In this document: positions 13,901-28,552 of the stretch, one piece after another
Layout of the letters: each line of letters begins with the position of its first letter
Position numbering within the stretch: the stretch's first letter is position 1
Source: Chrysomallon squamiferum
Taxonomy: Eukaryota; Animalia; Mollusca
DNA: 64,000 nucleotides
NCBI GenBank assembly: GCA_012295275.1
Contig: CM022669.1
Location: 1,178,001-1,242,000, forward strand
Direction: 5' to 3'
Translations under genes and position numbers: made by a program
Notes under the pieces: model-generated
What the model was told of the DNA's origin: nothing
The model's database searches: none
The model's input: the letters and a program-made list of their open reading frames with translations, nothing else

Positions 13901-15147
13901 CACTTACTTCCCGTTCTAGCAGTACCTCATGACTGTTTACAAAACATACTGGTTTGTGTTGTCCTGTCTCTGTGGTGGTACGTAAGTGAATATAGAAAAG
14001 ATTCGCGGAGTTTTGTGACAGTTAATAATAAAACTGAGAGAATAACAAAACCACTGGCTGATATTAACATCTGAGAGCTCGTTAGTACGAATAATACAAC
14101 TACTGATAAACATGTTTTCGTGACGTTTCTTTCTGAATAAAGTGGTGAGAAAAAAAAGAAAAAAAAAAAAAGAAAAACGAAAGAAATGTTTGCCTTGCTG
14201 ATTTATATTTACAAAGCTGGTTTTATCTGAGATATGCTAACAACAAAAAAGTCAGATCGCTGTTATTAATATTTTTGTTCAGGACAGCAGAAAACAAAAT
14301 TGATGAATAAATAAATAACTGTACAGTTCATGACTGCTTTTCACTTAAGTATACTTGTACTGCTTCTGTCATGCTAATATTAGTCATCGGTATCAGAATT
14401 CTAGTGACGTCATCAAAATACTGCCCCTGCTTTGGGAGTAAGCGAGTTCGTAGATATTTCTTAGAGTCACAGAAAGGTAAACATTATTTAAATATAAACC
14501 TAAGTCTGCATACAAATCTAAACGTAAATATATGCCAAAACTTAAAGACGTAAGTCTACGACAAAATGTAAGTCTACGTCAAACTGTAAATCTACGTTTA
14601 AATCTAAATCTACGTCTAAACCTGTATCTGTAGAGATGTTACCTAACAATGTGAACATGCATTGACCTCTGAGAAGAAATGTGTTTTTAATATTCAAACT
14701 CATCAGATGAGACTGAAACTTCTGTCGATAAAACTACACAATGATTCTGGTAACTGTTAAAAATACTGGAATATCACAGTTTTCACTGAAGATAAAGGTT
14801 TGTGGAAGATAATAACAAAGTGTGTGACTGAGGAAAGGTCGAAGTTTAAAATTACTTCATACGTCGTCCACTGGAGGTGATAATTATCGATAATGACAAA
14901 TACAGCATTACGACGACTTCTGCAACAAAAGTGACAATTAAAAAGAATATAGCAAAAACAACCTTAAGCATTCATCACAGGTCGCCGACTGCAGTTTACA
15001 CAAATTACATAAACTTTGTTTTTCTCAGTTCAGACGCAAGGTGTCAAACGGTATCAGCAGAACATTTTCTGTGTTAAATTTGTAAATCTTCGTTTAAAAC
15101 GCAAACATTTGTCATGCATATTAATCTGAATCGCGCGAAGCGTGCAC

Positions 15148-15163
15148 GCCACCAGGCGGCGCT
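15148..15163 (+). promoter_or_regulatory. CTCF-like motif in a CpG-rich patch
   Basis: GCCACCAGGCGGCGCT is one mismatch from the core CCACCAGGGGGCGC. Confidence 0.5.
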
Positions 15164-16384
15164 CTGCCAGATTTGGACCGGCGCCTCTCCCGCCCACAAC
15201 GTCCACAGATTTAAATTCGATTGCTCGAGGAAATGGAATGACCATACATCACCGTCACCACATTATTGAGAAGAAATTCAAGGGACATCTGCAAGTGACA
15301 CATTGTTATCCGTTCATAGTACGTAATTATAGGGCATACCTGACTTCACTACGAAGTTAATAGACAATAGGATGTTGCGCATTTTATGACTTCGCTATGT
15401 AATTATTACACAACAGAATGTTCTACATTACAGTCCGTAATTACTAAACAGTAACATATTGTAAATATGTGATTTGTAGCTTACAATATATGAATATTTT
15501 AAAAAATAAATATGCAAAAAATTATATTTAGACTGGCGTTTGTTTTATAAATATTTCCTCTCTCATTCCACACACATATGTACCATTCTACAAGTGTATC
15601 TGTTCAATACCTCTCTTCTACCCATCCACCTGTCCGTACAGATAGACAGATAAGCATGTATCAGCAAAAACACACACACACGCACACGCACACACACATA
15701 TATGTATAAGCCAACCATATATAAGAGAAGTCAGCGACTAGAAAAACAGAAACAGAGCGCTATGTAATATGTGTGTGTGTGTATGTTTGTATGTACATAC
15801 ATATATAAACAACTGTAACGTGAAACATGCGCACCCTATTGATTATCTAAAAGTATATATAGTTTCATCACGGACTACAAAAATAGAACCGACTTGTCCG
15901 GCGATATTTTTTTCAGACTAAGAATTCGATACGTGTCTGATTAATTCATGTAAAACATGGCTGATTTCTAGTGAGTGTATCGGGTTTGCGCGGTTTTTTT
16001 GTCGAGAGACAGATCGATTCCATGTTGTATTTTCAAAGTTAAAAAGCAGTTTTTACTCTGACTCGGTGAAGAACGTTTTAAAACAGTCAGGTCCCACGAC
16101 AGCTAATTGTTTTATGTTGATATCACGTGACGAGTAGAAAACAAGGTCTCTCATTTTACAGACTAAAAATGTCAGATAGTTAACATTAAAGAGAGCGACA
16201 GAGAAGAAACCCGTTCAGTAACTCAGTATTTGGAATGATGAATGATTTATAAAGATTACTACTTGCCAGTTAGTAAGAAATACAACGCAGGTAGACATTT
16301 TTAATTTCCATCAAAGTGAAATGTTATGGACAGAGCAGTCAGACTGTTACTAACTGACTTGTAAGAAGAGGTGACCAGTCTTAC

Positions 16385-16611
16385 CTGGCTGGACACGAAC
16401 CCAGGACCTTCCAGTCCATTGCTTCACCATCACGTGACCGGTATATTTCTGAGTTTGGCTCCAGTCCGCCAGGTCGCATTGTGTCGCTGAATAATAAGCG
16501 GTTATTTGTCAGTCTGTGAATTGTTTGCCGGGTGGAAGCGGATCCGCTGTCGGGTGGTTTGATCAGGAAAACATTTCCAATTAAACAGCGAATCACTGAA
16601 GCGGCACTCAT
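16385..16611 (-). other. Candidate exon (possibly a first exon) of a - strand transcript
   Basis: CpG-rich stretch ending at donor GCCAG|gtaaga (16385/16384). The ORF ...MDWKVLGSCPA-AG is phase-compatible with the exon at 5198-5247. The 5' boundary is unknown. Confidence 0.3.
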
Positions 16612-17967
16612 GTTTTTTTTTGTCCTCTGTTATTTTCTGTTGTTTCTGTATCGATGCTTGGATGGCGCTGTTGTTGTAGATGTAAAATATGTAGAAATAC
16701 ACCGGCGCTCTGTGTACAGCAGAGCATTAAAAGTTTATGTCGCCGTCTTTCAGTAGCGGTGGTATTTGAGATCGAGTCTTACTAGAAACTCTTCTCTTCT
16801 GATGACCAGTGGTTATAAACAGGTAATTAGGTAATACGTGTTTTGTTGTTAGTTCAGTTTTTGTTTTTTAAATCTCTAGTCTGTCTTTGTCGATGATGTT
16901 TCTGAAAGTTTGACTGCAGCTGCAGTTTCCACGCGTGAGCAAGACGAGTTTCCTGCAGAAAGTGGATCTTGGGGGTTTTAGGAATAGGGGAAAATTCCAC
17001 TCATAAATTAAAAATAAAATAAATAAATAAATAAAAATTTTAATAAATAAATAAATAAATACAAAAAATAAATAAAATAAAATAAAATAAAAAAAGAGAT
17101 AAAATAAAGATATTGGTTCCAGGAATATGCTGTTTAACCAGGGTTGAAGAACGGAAAGACAGAACGTAACTTTCAATCTAATCACTAATGAAAATTGATA
17201 AAATCTTGTGCAGGAAACGTTTTACGTGGTCAAGAAACAAGACAAAATACCAAATCAAAATCAGTTTTCAACTCTTACATTTTGTAACACGAACTCTTAA
17301 ATACACCAACTTGTATGAACTGTACTGGGTGCGGGAGAAGTAGAGGAAAAGTTCACACTTTAAACTGCACACGGTGTAAATCAGAAATCTTTTTTTTTTT
17401 TTTTGTTACAGATCAGGACTGAATCTTCTACGGTTTCTAATGGTATCGAAAAGAAAGACCAACGAACTCAGAGATAATGGGACAGAGAGACAGGCAGACA
17501 TACAGACATACAGACAGAGAGAGAGATAGATAGAGGGACAGACAGAAACAGAGTCAGAAGATACCAAGAGAGAAGAAGACAAAGACGCACTGTAAGAAGA
17601 GCTCTATGAAAACTGTGTATTTGTGAGTGTGGTTGTAAGACATACAAACTGAGAGAGAAACAGGAAGATATTTTTAACACAGTCGTAGACACGAACTATG
17701 GGAACAAATTTATGTATCACTATATAATTAAAAAAAACTGACAGACACACAAAATTCAAGACAGACATACAAATAGATCAGACAAGTATACAGACTTACG
17801 CAACAAACAAAGAGTGAAACACGTACATACACACATACAAAATACCTGGACGCATCTTACCTGGCTGACCTCTACAATACTGAGATTTAAATTCAGATGG
17901 ACATATACCTGGGCTGATACGCCGACCACCCCCTCACCTCATTACCCACCCCCGCACTGAGACACAG

Positions 17968-18000
<33 letters not shown>

Positions 18001-18048
18001 GAAACACGCACGCACTCGCATGCAAACGCACACACTTTGAGAACTCAC

Positions 18049-18108
18049 CTGTAAGACGGTGCTGAGTAAAAACGTGATAGTAGGAGAGGACAGAAGAACA
18101 TCACTCAT
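18049..18108 (-). other. Candidate exon end with ATG (MSDVLLSSPTITFLLSTVLQ|gtgagt)
   Basis: Consensus donor CAG|gtgagt at 18049/18048, about 500 bp downstream (on -) of a promoter-like CpG patch at 18590-18720. Confidence 0.25.
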
Positions 18109-18589
18109 TTTGTCTGGGAATCTCTCAACATAGTCACAACGTCACTGATGTTTTATGTTCAGTCACAACCACGACGTTTTTATAACTTAATCTCAAACAC
18201 GACGCATCAAAGTAGTTTTGCAAGGCAGCAACAACGGCGACGCATGAAAATAGCGAGTCCCAAAATTCAGTCCCAACTACGACGTTTTTCTGACACAACG
18301 AGACGACGTCGTAAATTATTCAAAAATGAAGTCACAAAATATTTAAAAACTTTCTTCTTATCGTCACCTCTGAGATTCTGATCGACTGTTTTCCTTTCTA
18401 ATTTGTATTAACTTTTCTTCAGTTTTTCAACTCTTGCACAGCTGTTTCCTATCAGGAGTTATCCTTAACCAGTGATGAGCCAGAGAAAAAACACCAGCAA
18501 TGTCGTAACTCTTTATTGAAGAGAAATATCCGGAACTGTAGGTATCACTCGGCACACGTAATTACTGGAGGAAAGCTCGTCACATTTCT

Positions 18590-18720
18590 CACACGAGTAT
18601 CGATCGCGCGAGGACAGGGTGTTTCTGGGCGGGCGTAATTCCAGCAAATACCAAAGTGTCACGTGAAGTCTGTCGCTCGCGCGCCTCACATTGGCTGCAA
18701 GTGAGGATCGGGGGTGGAAT
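18590..18720 (-). promoter_or_regulatory. Promoter-like patch (GC box, E-box, CCAAT)
   Basis: gggcgggcg (~18627), gtcacgtga (18658-18666) and cattggctg (~18689; CAGCCAATG on -), with CGCG clusters. Confidence 0.35.
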
Positions 18721-19093
18721 AACGACTTTTAATTATTACCACATTTTACACGACCCTTCTTTCTTTTTTTTTTTTCTTTCACCTTCGAATTTTGCCGCAG
18801 TGCTTTACATTTTTTTTTTTGATTTTATAATGTTTTCTTTTGTTTGGTTCTTTACACCGTCATTGTCTTATTAACTTTTATAAACAGACCTTTGCTAGTT
18901 TCACGATATTTTTTTTTATTTCTCTTTAGCTCTGTTTGTATCTGTCTGTCTGTCTTTCGTTCTGTCTTCCTTTCTTTCATTCTTTCATTCTTTCATTATT
19001 TTTTTTGTGTTTGTCTGTTCAGCCATCTTTCTCCCTCTCTACTTGTCTATAGCTGTCTTTCATTTCCTTTCTGTTCATCTTTATTTCTTTGTT

Positions 19094-19202
<109 letters not shown>

Positions 19203-19721
19203 ACATACCATTAACTACAAATAAATCAGCTGACATTTTATTTGATCGTTTTTCACGTTTCATAATTTAGTTGAACCTAGGTATTAGTTAATGTTAAATA
19301 TCATTCTTTTATAGACGTTAAATTGTGTAAATATATATAACAAGGTCTGAAGGATTTCGCAAATATCATCACCATTAACCCGAGTTCGGCGGATTAATAT
19401 TACAGTTAATTTCCTATTAGTTTAAAGAAGCACGGTGTAATTGATTGAGCAGACAGAAATAAAGTAACGTCCCCGTGTTATTTCCTAGAAACGAAAACCA
19501 AACAATTATTTCTAGTATTAATGCTTCCTTTAATAACACAGGTGAGTGCTAATTATAAAGACGGTAGATCTGGAACTGATATCAGCAGTGTTCATGAATT
19601 TACCTTTAGTTTGACAATCACTTTGGCTTCTGTCAACGACAGGATATATATCCTACTTGAAATTCCAATACTGACGTCATGCCATCGTCATCATGATTAT
19701 TATTATTATTACTATTATTAC

Positions 19722-19795
<74 letters not shown>

Positions 19796-20069
19796 TTGTT
19801 GTTGTTGTTAAAACAATATATTTTAGAAACGAAAGTATGGGCAGACGGATAACAATATGTGTGCTATGTGCATTGCTACAAACACAGACTCTCACGCGCT
19901 TGCACGCGCTATCAGCACAGACATCCAAACAAATGTAAGTACACACCCGCCCACAGAGTCCACACCCGTACATAAACAAACACAGACCTAACACAGAACC
20001 TCTGTACAGAGTAGAAACAAGAGAGTTTCTCTTCTTACTGTGAGATTCTCAGAAAAAAAGTTACTGTGT

Positions 20070-20580
20070 AACACATATACACACATACACACACACATAC
20101 ACACATACACACACACATACACACATACACACATACACACATACACACACATACACACACATACACGCACACACAAACACACAGACACACACACACACAG
20201 ATACACACACATACACACAGACACATAAACACACACATACACACATATACACACAGACACACACACAAACACACAGACACACACATACACACAGACACAC
20301 ATACACACACACATACACACACACTTACACACAGACACACATACATACACACATACACACACATACAAACACAGACACACACACAGACACATACACATAC
20401 ACACACAGACACACATAGAGACACACACATACAAACACAGACACACACACAGACACACACACAGACACACACACAGACACACACACACACACACACACAG
20501 ACACACATAGAGACACACACACATACACACACAGACCCCCCACACACCCACAAACACACACACACACACACATATACAGA
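20070..20580. repeat. Imperfect (CA)n microsatellite
   Basis: Directly visible. Similar tracts at 5470-5685, 47710-48090, 56179-56515 and 57343-57450. Confidence 0.95.
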
Positions 20581-20923
20581 CAGACAGATATATAGATTAG
20601 ATAGATATGTATTTTTGTACGCATGCATGTCAACTAGTTATTAATTTAGATACGTATATTTTCTTAAACAGTATTGTCGGAATGTAAATAGAAGCAAATG
20701 AAACGGAGGAATTAATATAAACGTAAATTTTAAAAAAGAAATGTATTGAAAGTGTTCTTAAATAATAATTTAAATAATAATTCTCCAATAATTTAACACA
20801 AGACGCCTGGCCAGTAAGAGTTATTTCCCTTTCCCGCCTTGGTCGACGTCACGCTGATTTACTATGATATCGATAAAAAAATGTCTCGTTTAGTGACCTC
20901 TGTGACCTTTCTACTAACCTGAA

Positions 20924-20924
20924 A

Positions 20925-20980
<56 letters not shown>

Positions 20981-21214
20981 CAATGATAATAATAATAATG
21001 ACAATGATAATGATAATAATAATAATAATGATAATAATAATAGTAATAATAATGATGAATAATAATAATAATAATGATGATGATAATAATAATAATGATG
21101 ATAATAATAATAATATTGATGATAATAATAATAATAATAATAATGATGATGATGATGATAATAATAATAATAATAATAATGATAATAATAGTAATGATGA
21201 TGATGATGATGATG

Positions 21215-21287
<73 letters not shown>

Positions 21288-21292
21288 TAATA
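20924..21292. repeat. (AAT)n/(GAT)n microsatellite
   Basis: Directly visible. Similar tracts at 6950-7015, 8549-8695, 9270-9392, 19695-19765, 28353-28565, 29466-29565, 36430-36535, 39040-39175 and 40315-40372. Confidence 0.95.
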
Positions 21293-21504
21293 AAAACAGA
21301 AATGATGAAAATGGAAGTTACAAGACAGTTTAGGAAGCGTTCTGCTGACGAGAGTCGATCCCAGACACTGAAAGCTGTCATCAACAGTGAGTAAAACTGC
21401 TCACACGATATTTACACAACATTGCTCACGAACTGAACTTTTACTGATTCATTATTTTAATTCGACACAGCAGACTCTGCTCAGTTTTGGATTAACGAGT
21501 CACA

Positions 21505-21605
21505 GAGGGCGCGGGTGGGCGGAGTCGAGAAGATGAGTGGGGCGGACGTAAAATAAGATCAGAGCTTTCAGCTTGGAATATCTCCGTGGCTCTTTAACGT
21601 CAGCA
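21505..21605. promoter_or_regulatory. Sp/KLF GC-box cluster
   Basis: gggcggagt and ggggcggac lie within 35 bp in otherwise AT-rich DNA. Confidence 0.3.
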
Positions 21606-22124
21606 ATTAATCACAACCAACTATCACAACCAACTATCACATTCACCGAGAGGAAATGTCAGAGGTAATGGATTTCATTTCGTTTTTAAACCTGATCCTC
21701 TGTTTATACACGTAATATTCATGTTTGTTCCGCTTCGACAAAGTACACGTTGAATTCTAGATGATGGGAAGAACTTAAAACATAGGTAAATGATTCTAAA
21801 TATAGAAAATCAGGTGAAAACTTAAAACACAGGTAAATGATTCTGATCACAGAATTTAATCGTCAGATTAAACACGACACGCGTCACTGAACCTGACTAT
21901 TTCGTGTCACTGCACTGAGCAGTTCTTGAAAAACAAGTCACGTGATAACACAGATTAAATAAACATACAGTGAAATGACGTCATGAAAAAACAACATGCA
22001 GGTACCTAATTTCTTCATTTTTTTTTATAAATGTTTGTAATTCATTTCATATTTCGGGGTATCTGTCCATGATTGTCTAATCTCTGTCTCACACATACAC
22101 AGACACGCAAACACATTCACAGAC

Positions 22125-22245
<121 letters not shown>

Positions 22246-22552
22246 ATTCCTGTTATATGTTTTTTCACATATTTACATAGTCTACAACAAAAATTATACC
22301 TAAAATATCTATTTTAGCTTAAGACACAATAGCAAGGATGGAACTGACAATCGAAAATAGCTTTTAAAAGAGGACGAAATTTACGCGAAACGTGCACATG
22401 ATCAGACTCTTACAATGATGACTGAATCGCTTCAGGTTCTTTCTTCATTAGCACCGATTTAACAAAACTCGTCAGTGTCGTATGCTTAGAAGTAGATCGA
22501 TGACAAAACGCTATTTGATAAATACATGTATACGTGTACGGATGTATCTCCT

Positions 22553-22596
<44 letters not shown>

Positions 22597-22618
22597 GTTA
22601 GCTACTTACCTAACTCCA

Positions 22619-22676
<58 letters not shown>

Positions 22677-22844
22677 ATCTCTATCTGTCTATCTATCTAT
22701 GTATCTCTGTCTGTCTATCTCTGTGTGTGTAGGTATGTAGGAATGGATGGATGGTTATATGCATAAATGGTTATGTGTGTGCATATTGTGTGTATCTCTG
22801 TACAAATGTATTTTATGTTGTTTGTGTATGTGTGAATGTCTGTA

Positions 22845-22878
<34 letters not shown>

Positions 22879-24137
22879 CTGAATGTATATGTGTGTATTA
22901 ATGTGCATATATGTATATAATTCTAAGATACGTTAGAATTTTAGTATATGCATATTTTGTAGTAACGTAAATGACATAAGTATTATGTGATTTTTAATGC
23001 ACTGGTATATTGTGTAAGTAATGTGTATATTAAGTGGATAACGTGTGTAAAATAAAGTTTTTTATCACGAGACAAACAAAAAAGCCACAGGTTACGTCTC
23101 AGAAAAAAACGACGACAGAAATAAAACGTTGTATTGGAAATGTCAGTGTACTTCGAATAAATTACTTAATTATAAAGTTATTTTCATTGCAGATTTCTCG
23201 AGATGAACGCAAACTATCTTAATGTGTTTGGCATTACCTCTAAGACATGTGACGCACTTTTGTTCATCACGTCTTGAGAGTGTGGAATTTACTGCCAGCG
23301 CAAACTGGTGAACGCTGGTAAAAATATAAACGTTCTTGAGATTTCGTGTATTTGCCAGCGATCTGGATTAAGAGTGGCCAGTTTAGAACAATAAAAGTCG
23401 CAGCAAATCAGAAATAACATGCTGTTATTTGTGTCGTATTTGATACCAGGACAAAACGGAATAGACCAGACAGAAGAAAAGGTACCGTAGAGCATGCTAA
23501 GTGCTGCGTGTTAGAAACGTGTCTCTTGTAAATCAGAACATCTAAGTGAAAAATAATAAATAAATAAAAAACATACAAGATTTATATTTTTTGTGTTGGC
23601 ATTCGCCTAATTTCCTCAATATAGAAGAAGGGACAGTGTCGCATGAAAACAGTACTAACAAATAATACCAGACAAATCATTTAGAAAACGGATTAAATTC
23701 TTAAATAATTTTAATTTCCATGAAAACACAATTATTGTCTGAAGGGAAGTTAAATAATATTAACAACAACAACAACAACAACAACAAAAAAAAAAAAAAA
23801 AAAAATAAGATAAATAATAAATAAATAAATAAAAAGAAAAAACAACGAAAAAGAAAAAAATATTCCTTAAGATATTTTTGGACCAGTATAAACTAATCGC
23901 TTATTGAGTTATATTAAAAATGTTACCAGATGAACTTCTGTTAATAATGTGTCTGTCGAGTTGTCACTTTAGTAAATAATGGAACAAGACAAATATGTCA
24001 GCAGCAGTATTTTAGTCGTCGTCATTATCAGCAGCAGAGTATCACTCTTTTTAATTATCTAAATGTGATCTATTATTAATCAGTTAATTATTTTCATACA
24101 CTTATTACTACTTCTAATCAGTTACTTTTTTTACTAC

Positions 24138-24290
24138 TACAACTTAATACAATTTAATACAAATTAATACAACTTAATACAATTTAATACAAATTAATAC
24201 AACTGAATACAATTTAATACATCTTAATACAACTTAATACAACTTAATACAACTTAATACACCTTAATACAACTTAATACAACTTAATAC
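24138..24290. repeat. 10-bp tandem repeat aacttaatac (~15 copies)
   Basis: Directly visible. Confidence 0.9.
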
Positions 24291-24862
24291 TACAACTCAA
24301 AGGCCTGCGACCCAAACTACTAATATTACTACTACTGCTTTTGTTAGTAATAACAACTACCTCCACAACTAGAACGAAAACAATTCACAACTGCTACGCT
24401 GTTACCATTACTATCGCTTCTGTTATATTAACAAACACTACTACCGTTTCCATCACTTCTACTACAACAACTACTACAAAGCTGAGGTGTACAGACACGT
24501 TCATGGAAACGTCAGACACATATCATGTCTATGTCAGACACATATCATGTCTATGTCAGACACGTTCATGGAAACGTCAGACACATATCATGTCTATGGG
24601 GAGAAAAGCCTCTCATTTTTGTTATTTATCACTAAAACATCAGCAGCAGAAACATTTACACGCACACAAAACACTGGCGTAATTCATTTAAAACTGGCGT
24701 ATTTGTGTCAAGCTAATTAATCTACGTTTTAATAAGCAACACAAACCATTACGCTAGTCCCTGGCCCCGGGCGCTGTCTGCTGCTTACACACATTTGTCA
24801 TAATTGATCGTTTCTGAGTAATAGTTTATATTTTATTTAGTTTCGTGCAATTCTAATCAATA

Positions 24863-24907
<45 letters not shown>

Positions 24908-25122
24908 AGTCACACGTACACAGATGCACACATACTCATCACACAAATACACATATACATGTAGCGATGTTTAAAATCAAAAATATAAACATTCAAACTT
25001 TAGATTCGTTCTTGGTCGTTTTTTTCTCAGGATAAATTGTATAATCTGTTTTAAATTCATTTGCTTCCCTTTCATTATAAAATATAATGGTAATGCATGT
25101 TTGTTTTTTTGTTGTTGTTTTC

Positions 25123-25157
<35 letters not shown>

Positions 25158-25427
25158 AATACGGAAATTCAGATATGTTAATAATTTAGGCTTAAATACT
25201 TTTGAAAACAAAATGCAAATTTCACAGATAACACAAATATCTCTTTCACAAAATGAACGAGAGTCGAATGCTTGATATCGCTACTTACTGCAATATTCTG
25301 TTTTAATCCAATATTTAACTACGTACATATCTACCGACCCTAATCACATATCTACCTACTTACCTATTTAATTACCTATATGCCTATCTATCCAACTATT
25401 TATCTAGAATCTACCGTCCTACCTACC

Positions 25428-25440
25428 ATCTATCTATCTC

Positions 25441-25499
<59 letters not shown>

Positions 25500-25540
25500 G
25501 TCTGTCTGTTTATCTATCTATCTATCTATCTATCTATCTG

Positions 25541-25595
<55 letters not shown>

Positions 25596-25604
25596 GTCTG
25601 TCTG

Positions 25605-25635
<31 letters not shown>

Positions 25636-25647
25636 CTGTCTGTCTAC

Positions 25648-25703
<56 letters not shown>

Positions 25704-25706
25704 TTA

Positions 25707-25739
<33 letters not shown>

Positions 25740-25846
25740 ATCTCTATTTATCTATATATTTATCTTTCTATCTACCTTTCTGTCTGTCTGTTTATCTATC
25801 TATCTATCTATCTATATGTCTGTGTGTCTATATATCTATCTATCTA

Positions 25847-25886
<40 letters not shown>

Positions 25887-25940
25887 TCTATCTATCAATC
25901 AATCAATCTGTCTGATGGATGGATGGATGAATGAATGGAT
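25428..25940. repeat. (TCTA)n/(TCTG)n microsatellite
   Basis: Directly visible. Similar tracts at 22555-22720 and 46566-46735, the latter just upstream of the coding exon's acceptor. Confidence 0.95.
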
Positions 25941-26350
25941 GAAGTGAACAACACAACAAATTAGAAGTATATATTTTTTAATAAGTAGATAAAGAAAATA
26001 TCAGAGAGAAACAAAACACTGTGTTAGATGAGCGTCACTTAGTTACAGACAGCTAACTCTCTGTGGGTCTGCTTCAAAGTAAGGAAATTGTCCAATATCC
26101 CGTTATTTGGTGAAAATGTCAAATGTTAAACATCCCTGATTTATTCGAGTACGTGGTTAAAAAATAATGCAAAACTCCTTTGTTACTCGTGTGACATTCG
26201 CAATTTATTTAGATTTATTTGTCTGACTGTCTGTGTCTGGAGCAGGAATTCACATACAGAATTAGTGATTATGACAGAACGATACACATACACACAAACA
26301 GAAAGACTGACAAACAGACAAAGAGACAGATAGGCAAACGTATAGATATA

Positions 26351-26581
26351 TAGATATAAATATGTAAGTATGTATACTTATGTGAACATAGATATAAATA
26401 AGTAAGTATGTATAAGAATGTGAGTATAGATATAAATATGTAAGTATGTATAAGTATGTGAGTATAGATATAAATATGTAAGTATGTATACGTATGTGAG
26501 TATAGATATAAATAAGAAAGTATGTATAAGAATGTGAGTATAGATATAAATATGTAAGTATGTATAAGAATGTGAGTAAGT
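26351..26581. repeat. Minisatellite: 38-bp unit tagatataaatatgtaagtatgtataagaatgtgagta (~6 copies)
   Basis: Units start at 26351, 26389, 26427 and so on. Confidence 0.9.
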
Positions 26582-27149
26582 AGGTCTGCTGTGTTTGAGA
26601 TATATTAAACTGTGTTAGACAAACTGGTGTGATCTCTAAACAACAGATATATCTGGTACCAGGAACTGATCTCAGTACGTGTTGGTTGCAGTACAGATGC
26701 TTATCTCTATTTGACGTTCCAGTAAACAGTTCAGAAATTACTAAATAATATTTGAAAAACTTCGTCTACGACTTGTCCAATAAGTTCTGCATTACTTCCA
26801 CCGCTGCCTGCTCCCCGGCGTGTGCAGAAAGCCGAGGTCAGGGAGAAGTTATTATTAAATATTAACACGCCCGCGACTCCCGCAGTTTTCAATATCTGTC
26901 ACCAATATGCCTCTTTGTTTTCTTCTGATAACAAAAATATAGACCACGTGAAAAGCGAGCGAACAAACAGGCAAACTAAGAAACAAAGAACACAAAGAAA
27001 GAAATAAAGAAATAAAGAAAGAACGAAAGAATCAGATAAACAAACAAACAAACAAGCATGAAGCAAATAAATAAATATATAAATATTTTTTTTTTTTTTA
27101 CTTACGTATTTATTTGCTTATTTGTTTATTTATTTATTTATGTTTGTAT

Positions 27150-27180
<31 letters not shown>

Positions 27181-27405
27181 ATTGTATCCTAAGTGATTTA
27201 TGACAATTAAATTTGTAATTCAAATAATTAAGTAGCCATTAGATTGATTTCTTTCATACTTTTATCGATTTGTGTCTGTTTATGAGTGAATGCAAATATA
27301 ATTATCTATGTTTTGTGTATTTGTCTTTGTATTACACCTGTATTATGCATATATTAGTACCTTATATGTTTTAAATCTATATTTATATATGTGTGTTTGT
27401 GTGTA

Positions 27406-27442
<37 letters not shown>

Positions 27443-27709
27443 ATTTCGGTGTCAGTGTTTGTGACTTGCTCAGTTCTCCTGGTCACTCATCTTTTGCTGT
27501 TTTTCTTTCTGAAACTCTACAGTTTAACTGCATCTGGAGAATCAGGCAAACAGAAAGAAGAAAAAAACAACAGAAAAATAGAAAAGTTTTAAAGAGGAAA
27601 AAAATAAACAAAAATTTGAACAAAGAAAGAAGTAGATATTGTAAGAAAAAAAGATAAATAAAAGTAATAGTAAAATAAAATAAAAAAAATAAAATGAAAT
27701 GAAATGAAA

Positions 27710-27748
<39 letters not shown>

Positions 27749-28436
27749 AAGAAACAAACAAAGAAAGAAACAAAGAAACAAAAAGGAGTAAAAAAAAAAA
27801 AAAAAAAAATTAAATAAAAATAAAGCACTGGTTGACACAGTTTATTGAATTAAGTACTTAAAACCAGTTTATTTACAGTAATAAATTGACGTAATAACAG
27901 GAACAGTTATTTTGTACTGAATTATATGTCGCCAACTCAATATTTTCACTAGCAGAGATCTAAAACGTTTTATATACAAAACTGTCCAGATCAGTTTAAT
28001 ATTAGCTCTGCATACAGATAACATAAAGTTCCTGTCCGGAAAACCTTCCCTTATACAATAAATAGTCAATATTAAGTAATCTTCCTTTCTTTTCACATCA
28101 ACCTTAATTTATGTAAAGTAATCATACTTTATCACAATCAGATATTATTTATAATGTTATTAAAATCGTTTTTCTGGTATTTAAACATTTTCCCTGCACG
28201 CAACATCACTCATCACGTCTCACGTTTGTGTCTGCAGTATCGATCAGAAGAAAAGTCGTGAAGACGTGTTAGTGTACAGACCTTCTTTAACTTAGTCCTC
28301 AGAAACATCATATCAGACTGAGTCTCCACCGCAGAGCATCAAACAGCGTGTCTAATAATAATAAATAGTAATAATAATAATAATAATAATAACAACAACA
28401 ACAACAAAAATAATGATAATGATAATAGTAATAGTC

Positions 28437-28552
<116 letters not shown>

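Noticed and set aside
16378-17866. CTTACCTGGC at 16380 and 17856, matching the U1 snRNA 5' end
   Set aside because: There is no U1 body downstream. These are better read as 5' splice sites on the - strand.
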